Assembly (NCBI RefSeq): GCF_964213995.1
Contig: NC_135804.1
Span: forward strand, 58,900,001-58,964,000
Source of the DNA: Mustelus asterias
Lineage: Eukaryota
Direction: 5' to 3'
DNA length: 64,000 nucleotides
This document shows positions 58,801 to 64,000 of this stretch, piece by piece (the first letter of the stretch is position 1; every line of letters begins with the position of its first letter). The position numbers and the translations under genes were made by a program. Below the pieces are notes generated by a model, which saw only the letters and a program-made list of their open reading frames with translations, made no database searches and was not told where the DNA came from.

Positions 58801-61245
58801 ACCGCCTTCTTAAGGGCAACTAAGGATGGGCAATAAATGCTGGTCTAGTCAATTTTTCATAAATTAATTTTGAAAAAGTATGCCCAATATCTGTAAAGAT
58901 TCCAGACAAGATGTTACTTTATTTATACATAAAAATCCATGCTTTTATTAAACAACATTTCTATGGAGGGTGTTTCCGATCGTGTAGCATCTACAAAAGG
59001 AACTGTTCCCAGAGGGGCGTCCGAGGGCGAAAGCACATTTTTCGTCAGGAAAGGGCTTTATTGTTAATTCTTCATGGGTGTGTAGATCACAACATCCATG
59101 CAGAGTGAAGACAAATAAAAAAATCTTTACTCAGAATGCATGTGTAATCTAATTCCACGGGTTTTGCCCTTCTACAATTTCATTTGGTCTATTGAACACG
59201 CTTTACCTGGAGAATTTCCTCTTATATCAATCCTACATTTAAAATTTACTGCTGTGAACTTGTGTCCGCTAGTTCCATAGTCACTGTTTAACTGGAAGTA
59301 AATTCCCTCATTAGGTTTACATAGATTTGCACATTATAATCAATCTCCTTAATATATTTTATTTAGAAGTCTATTTTGCCGACATTGTAGTAACAGTAAT
59401 TAGTAATTTACACGCATTATTAACTTTCAGAATTATGTTAGTCTTTATTCCCAACAAAGCCTCAGAATTCCTCCATTATTGTCCCAAGGATCTGCTTTAG
59501 GTACATACGAAATGCGACAGAATTCCCGCTGGCCAGAAAGGAGTCAGTGTTCTCTCGGTCTCCTGCCTCAAACTTTCTTCTGTACATGGCGAGTGTGCAT
59601 GGAAATTACAAATACGGGACCTCAGACGTTCATAGAAATGTTCGGTGATATCCACTTTACCGGTTGTGAGTGCATCAGAGAGAGTCCTTTTGGTGCACCC
59701 CAGAGGTTCAAACAAGGGCCATGGCACCTTAACTGTCCTGCAAGGTCTAGGGGTGGAATCCAGCATTGAGGACAAGATCAACATATCCCCTCTCACTAGT
59801 TTGTAGGATCCCGTTATGGAAAGAGTTCGGAATTTCAACCAAATCACTAACGGACACAAGTGCAAATATAAACTGCGGATATAGAAACAGGGGTCCATTC
59901 GGCCCCACTAGCTTACTCTGCCATTCCTTTAAATTATGTCTGATCCATTTGTCCGACTTAGTTCCATTCTCTTGAAACCCACGATTTATTTCCCTTGATA
60001 TGCATCGAAAATTTAGTACAGCTCGATTATTCGATTGCAATTTTGAGCAGGGGCTGACAAGTTAGTTTGTGTATGGAATACTCATGCCTTTAAGTAGGCG
60101 AGTTTTCGCCTGAATGGATACAGGAGGCACCTTATTGGGACGAATAAGATGGTCATTAATGTTGCAGAAACTAATTAATTTCGGCGGTGTTAAAATTGTT
60201 TCAATCAAAGGTCGTAGATCTGAAACCTTGACTCTGTCCACAGATGTTCAATTACTTGTTTTCTGTTTTTATTTCAGGTTCCAAGCATATGAAACATTTT
60301 GCTTTTGTACAAAAATTGTCCCCAGTGTCGCACTTTGGCGTCGTTATTTTGGTGAGAGGGAACCTGACCATCTCATCCCATTGACTAATCGCAAACTGAG
60401 ACTGCAACTGTTATCCCGCTTCACTGTTTTTGGCGCAATAATAATTGCAACTTCACACATGGCACACATTGGGTGAAATGTCACGAAGACGAGAGTGGGT
60501 GAAATTGATCTTGGGCAGTGGCACAAAGCGGGCGAGAGGGAATCGAGGGCCGTTCTACAACAAGGTGACGGGAAAAGAAAATCCCAGCAGTGTAAAACGA
60601 ATCCGTCATTACCAGGTTTTCATCTAGTGATAGAAGTTCAAATTACACAAATCACGGATAGCTGAAAAGTACCCTTTCCCCGGTAGTTTGACACTTACCG
60701 CACACAGTGAGCTGGGAACCACTTCCATCCCCAATCTTGTTCTGTTGATGTTTTACTGAACAGTGATACATTCCGGAGTCTGCAACACTCGCATTCAGAA
60801 CTTCAAATGAACTACTGCTCTTCTTTAGATACATTTTCTTTCTGCTGTCTGGTTCCAGAACAGATTCCTCGCCCCGTTTCCACCAAGAAACTTCAGGAGC
60901 ACCATCAAATATGGGAAATGTGCAGAACATGGAAACATTGTCACCCCTGGCAACCGTCAAGTGTTTAGGGAACTGTTCCACTTTGCTCCAAGTTACTTTA
61001 GCGGCTATAAAAAAAACAGTAAAGAACGGTGATAACTAGAAAGAAAAATAACTTAACAGAGGAAAACAAATTAAGAGACACCAGCAGTCAGATTGGAGAA
61101 GCACAGCATCTATTTTTACAATGCATACAGTTGTAGACGTAAAATACAATTTAAGCTGTTCTAAAACGGCGAAGTAACAACTCAGGCTACCTGGCCAAAC
61201 CAGACTCAGAAGAGCCATGTACTGAACTGTAACTCTCATCGACAT
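49710..61245 (-). CDS. Gene A: inhibitory IgSF receptor, leader-V(J)-C1-TM-cytoplasmic multi-ITIM (SIRP/NKp30-like architecture), 8 coding exons, 386 aa
   Basis: join of 61191-61245, 60699-61004, 57921-58217, 55999-56103, 55515-55558, 51863-51973, 50439-50543, 49710-49847. All introns GT-AG, phases 1,1,1,1,0,0,0 compatible, 1161 nt open from ATG to TGA. Confidence 0.88.
50439..50543 (-). CDS. Gene A cytoplasmic exon 7 (ITIM LTYATV; IVYSQ)
   Basis: TTTTACAG| TKHGTANSLTYATVKIDTRKKANPRQGEESIVYSQ |GTAGAT; 105 nt, phase 0-0. Confidence 0.85.
51073..51117 (-). ncRNA. Minimal hammerhead ribozyme motif, sense to gene A pre-mRNA
   Basis: Exact reverse complement of 51545-51589. Confidence 0.7.
51545..51589 (+). 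ncRNA. Minimal hammerhead ribozyme motif (Penelope type)
   Basis: CAC-CTGAAGA-A-GGGGCT-TAG-AGCTCC-GAAA-GCTT-GTG: core boxes, stem II, palindromic AAGCTT stem III. Confidence 0.7.
51863..51973 (-). CDS. Gene A cytoplasmic exon 6 (ITIM VAYASL; TIYSQ)
   Basis: TTTTACAG| VRQRPGENIVAYASLSLREEKGPSKPRHKKEHTIYSQ |GTAGGA; 111 nt, phase 0-0. Confidence 0.85.
52503..52710. repeat. Older palindromic repeat of a second Penelope-like family (also ~5690-5895)
   Basis: TGCTGGAATCTGAAACAAAA.. / ..TTTTGTCTCAGATTCCAGCA inverted arms. Confidence 0.6.
53085..54275 (-). mobile_element. Decayed CR1-type LINE fragments with nested SINE tail
   Basis: 3' tail at 53085; KADNSPGHDDVH fragment. Confidence 0.7.
55515..55558 (-). 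CDS. Gene A short cytoplasmic exon DDNRNSVEAAQREER
   Basis: Strong polypyrimidine TTTTAG acceptor, CGG|GTAGGG donor; 44 nt converts phase 1 to phase 0 as the next exons require. Confidence 0.75.
55999..56103 (-). CDS. Gene A transmembrane exon (no charged residue)
   Basis: DSGVKLPLIFGCAGGALAILLLIIILTRLKLKASA, basic stop-transfer residues, TGTAG| acceptor and G|GTAAGT donor. Confidence 0.9.
56525..57030 (-). mobile_element. Decayed CR1-type LINE 3' end
   Basis: LSYEGRWGRLGLYLLEFRRM. Confidence 0.7.
57262..57547 (-). mobile_element. HE1-type V-SINE
   Basis: Reverse-orientation copy. Confidence 0.8.
57921..58217 (-). CDS. Gene A C1-set Ig exon
   Basis: FECKTAAFYP..ISW..DG..DGLFEVSSSL..YTCLASH are C1-set motifs (CxxxxFYP, YxCxxxH); 297 nt, AG/GT flanked. 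Confidence 0.93.
59520..59832 (-). pseudogene. Fossil extra C1 exon in gene A V-C1 intron
   Basis: IPNS..DLVLNAGFHP*TLQDS* and FYERLRSRI match VPPT..ECKTAAFYPEDLQISW and VYTCLASHI; acceptor reads AA instead of AG. Confidence 0.5.
60699..61004 (-). CDS. Gene A V-set Ig exon with germline-joined J-like G strand
   Basis: VSMFC...VSWW...ADSGMYHC...GDGSGSQLTV; poly-T/TAG acceptor, G|GTAAGT donor; 306 nt. Confidence 0.93.
61191..61245 (-). CDS. Gene A leader (signal peptide) exon MSMRVTVQYMALLSLVWP
   Basis: ATG at 61245, hydrophobic stretch, CAG|GTAGCC donor in phase 1; same 55-nt coding length as gene B leader. Confidence 0.85.
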
Positions 61246-62094
61246 GTTGTCAAGTGAGCAAAAAATGATGTGGATACTTCCTGTTCAGGAGGAGATATCC
61301 TGAATGGTTTGGGCAGGAAATTGATTTCTTTGATAAATATATGAAACGGGGAAACCATTACATGGGATATCACATGACCGAAACAGCGTATTAGTTCCGG
61401 TTGTAATTGTGTGTGAGAGTCTGGGAAGTAGGAGGTGCCTTCCTAACTGCCGGCCGAAAGATTTCCATCCGGAGGGCAATGCTGTATCTGCAACTCTCGG
61501 GGCAACGCATTCTTCAACACCCAGGCGCAGGCGCGGGCTGTCCTCCAACACCTTATCTGAGGATTAGCTGACGCCCCTCAGTCCTTATACCATTCCAGTA
61601 AATCTGTGCTGTACTCTGCTGAAGTCCTTGACAACCTTCAGATCTGAACGGAACATTCCAAGCTGAGGCTGAGCTAGCGATTTTTAAAGGTTTAGTACAA
61701 CTTGCTTGCTGTATGCTACATGCCTTGTTTGTCCTATCACTTTCAAAATATTGTCCATGCGCCCCTAGACCACTACTTTCACTGACATCTCCATCATCTT
61801 GGAGATCAATAAAATGTGAGGTATTCTCTCCGTTTCGTTTTTTCATGGGTTGTGAGGATGGCTTGCAAGGCCAGGAGTGTTGCCCATCCCTAATTGTCCT
61901 CTTCAGAAGATTATGGCGAGCCTCAAAGTTCCATCTTTAGCTCGGTTAGGAAAAGTGGCAGGTATTGGTCGGGGGCATAAAAGTAGGTGATCTAACACAA
62001 GAACTAATTAGGGATACAGTGGTGAAAATTATATCACTAAAATGTACTCATAATGCTATGGTGACATTGATTGGTGAAGAATAATGCCCATCTC

Positions 62095-62433
62095 ATAGAA
62101 ATCATAGAAACCCTACAGTACTGAAAGAGGCCATTTGGCCCATCGAGTCTGCACCGACCACAATCCCACCCAGGCCCTACCCCCATATCCCTACATATTT
62201 ACCCACTAATCCCTCTAACCTACACATCCCAGGACACTAAGGGCAATTTTTAGCATGGCCAATCAACCTAACCGGCACATCTTTGGACTGTGGGTGGAAA
62301 CCGGAGCACCCGGAGGAAACCCACGCAGACACGAGGAGAATGTGCAAACTCCACACAGACAGTGACCCAAGCCGGGAATCGAACCCAGGTCCCTGGAGCT
62401 GTGAAGCAGCAATGCTAACCACTGTGCTACCGT
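62095..62433 (-). mobile_element. HE1-type V-SINE (young)
   Basis: Reverse-orientation copy with (TTCTATGAT)n tail. Confidence 0.9.
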
Positions 62434-63059
62434 TCTCAACTGTCCTCCCTTGTTGAATCCTAGCAATTGACTAGTTCTTTATCCCTAAGTACGAACGTCC
62501 TGTTTACGCAGCGACTTACAGTGAATAACTTCCGAAGGAGTTCACGATGGGCATCATTGGAGCATGGGCCAATCTCCTCGCACAGGCGCAAATGAGTGTC
62601 ACAGTTGTTTGTGATGTTTCCCGCCACTGCTACTGAAATTCGTCGGGGAAGAACAAAGCTGCATAACAATTTCCATTAGGAAATTTTCCAGCAGGTTCGT
62701 CAGCAGTAAAAGGGACAATAACAGACTAGAGTTCAATGATTTCCCATGCAATAGTACTTTGGGGCTGATGAGATTAAAATACTAAATGTTGGAAACATAA
62801 AATTAAATATAAAATATTGACCTTATAATGTCTGTAGAAAAATCAGTCACATTACAGTTGGCAGGTCTATTTTGGTGGGTTCATGCTGACTTGATCTTGT
62901 GACGTCGCTCGTGTGATGCTTAATAACATCAGAACAAATTCGGCCATTTAGCTCTTTCAGCATGTTCTGCCATTCAGTGAGATAATAGCTGGTCTGAAAC
63001 CTAACATCTCATACCTGACATCCCGTCATGTGACATTTGCCGACTGCTAACAAATGTTA

Positions 63060-63570
63060 TAAGAGCAAAACGTGCGGGTGCTGACAATCTGAAATAAAGA
63101 CAGGAAAGACTGGAAATGCTCAGCAGGTCAGGAAGCATCTCTGGAGAGAGAATCAGTAACGTTTCATGACTGATCTTTCAACAGAACTGGGAAAACGGTT
63201 ACAATGTAATATGTTTTGAGCAAAGGGAGAGTGGGGGGGATCGCAGGAGAGACTGAAAGACAGGCGAGTTAACCGTGTAGTGCCACAGGGAACCAGAAAA
63301 ATAAACAATGAGACGGAAGATGTGCCTGAAGCTGCTGTCCGAAAACAGGAAACTCCGAAATATGCAAAGAAAAGGAACAAAATGGGAGATCAGTATTTGA
63401 AATTGTTCAATTTAACGTTAAGCCGGGAAGGTCATAAAGTTCCTAATCTATAGATGAGATTCTGTTCCCGCAGCTTACATTAAGTTTTCAATGGACATAT
63501 GCATCAGGCCGCTCACCGACAGGTCAGCGTGTGAGCAAGGTGGAGAATTAAAATGACTTCTATTAGTAGC
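63060..63570 (-). mobile_element. Penelope-like (Neptune-type) 3' relic
   Basis: EQNLIYRLGTL*PSRLNVKLNNF at ~63398-63470, followed by the same terminal repeat as 52503-52710. Confidence 0.65.
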
Positions 63571-64000
63571 TCGGGGGCATGTTTGCAAATATTATTGCAT
63601 TTCCATGAGCTGTGCTTCTTTCAATTACCTAGCCCAAAATAAAATATTTGTTTTATAGTGAAGATGTCAATTAATTCAAAAGTGAATGTTGGGTAACGTT
63701 TGAGTAAAAGCAGCTTTTGCTGTGTTCCTAGGGTAAATGGAGGAAGAGTAGGAAGTTCTTCTCGATTTCATAGCTAATATTTAAACCCCATCCAACATCA
63801 CTGAAATAAACCTGGCGAGTATCAGTATTTTGCGGGACTCTGCTGTGCACAAGCTGTGGATCATTTCCTACAACAGTATCTATACCTCAACAAGTACTTC
63901 ACTGGCTGTAAAACGCTTTGTGAGGTCCCATGGTCAAGAAAGGCGGTATACAAACGTTCTTTTCTTCAAATCTTACATATGTAATGGGTATTTTTCAATA

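Noticed and set aside
60703-60709. CACAGTG heptamer at the end of the gene A V exon (possible RSS)
   Set aside because: It lies within the LTV codons, has no nonamer at 12 or 23 spacing, and is not conserved in gene B (CACAGTA).
481-61245. Rearranging Ig light chain or TCR locus (including germline-joined shark clusters)
   Set aside because: No RSS, no FGxG/WGxG, the TM lacks the charged residues of TCR chains, and there is a long ITIM tail.
61275-61284. ETS/PU.1 site ACTTCCTG upstream of the gene A ATG
   Set aside because: Not conserved in gene B and coincides with a conserved splice acceptor, which explains it better.

Overview
Eukaryotic, repeat-rich genomic DNA, most likely from a cartilaginous fish (shark), judging by HE1-type V-SINEs, CR1/HER1-type LINEs, SacSINE1/DeuSINE-like copies and Penelope-like elements. 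The ORF track misses the real genes because they are spliced. Reading splice sites on the minus strand gives a tandem cluster of non-rearranging immunoglobulin-superfamily receptors. Gene A (61245->49710) is complete: 8 coding exons, 386 aa, with leader, single-exon VJ-type V domain, C1-set domain, uncharged TM and a tail built from three duplicated exons carrying 3 canonical ITIMs plus 3 further tyrosines. Gene B (6625->481) is a paralogue whose tail lies off-window. A third, heavily decayed V-C1-TM pseudogene lies at about 23395->21579. Both A and B appear to carry a fossil second C1 exon in the V-C1 intron, suggesting a V-C1-C1 (SIRP-like) ancestor. The rest is nested transposable elements: a full-length CR1-type LINE with esterase ORF1, palindromic Penelope-like insertions with minimal hammerhead ribozyme motifs, GC-rich MITE-like elements and a probable solo LTR. 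Exon boundaries and identities were worked out by hand, TE boundaries are approximate, and no database search was possible.
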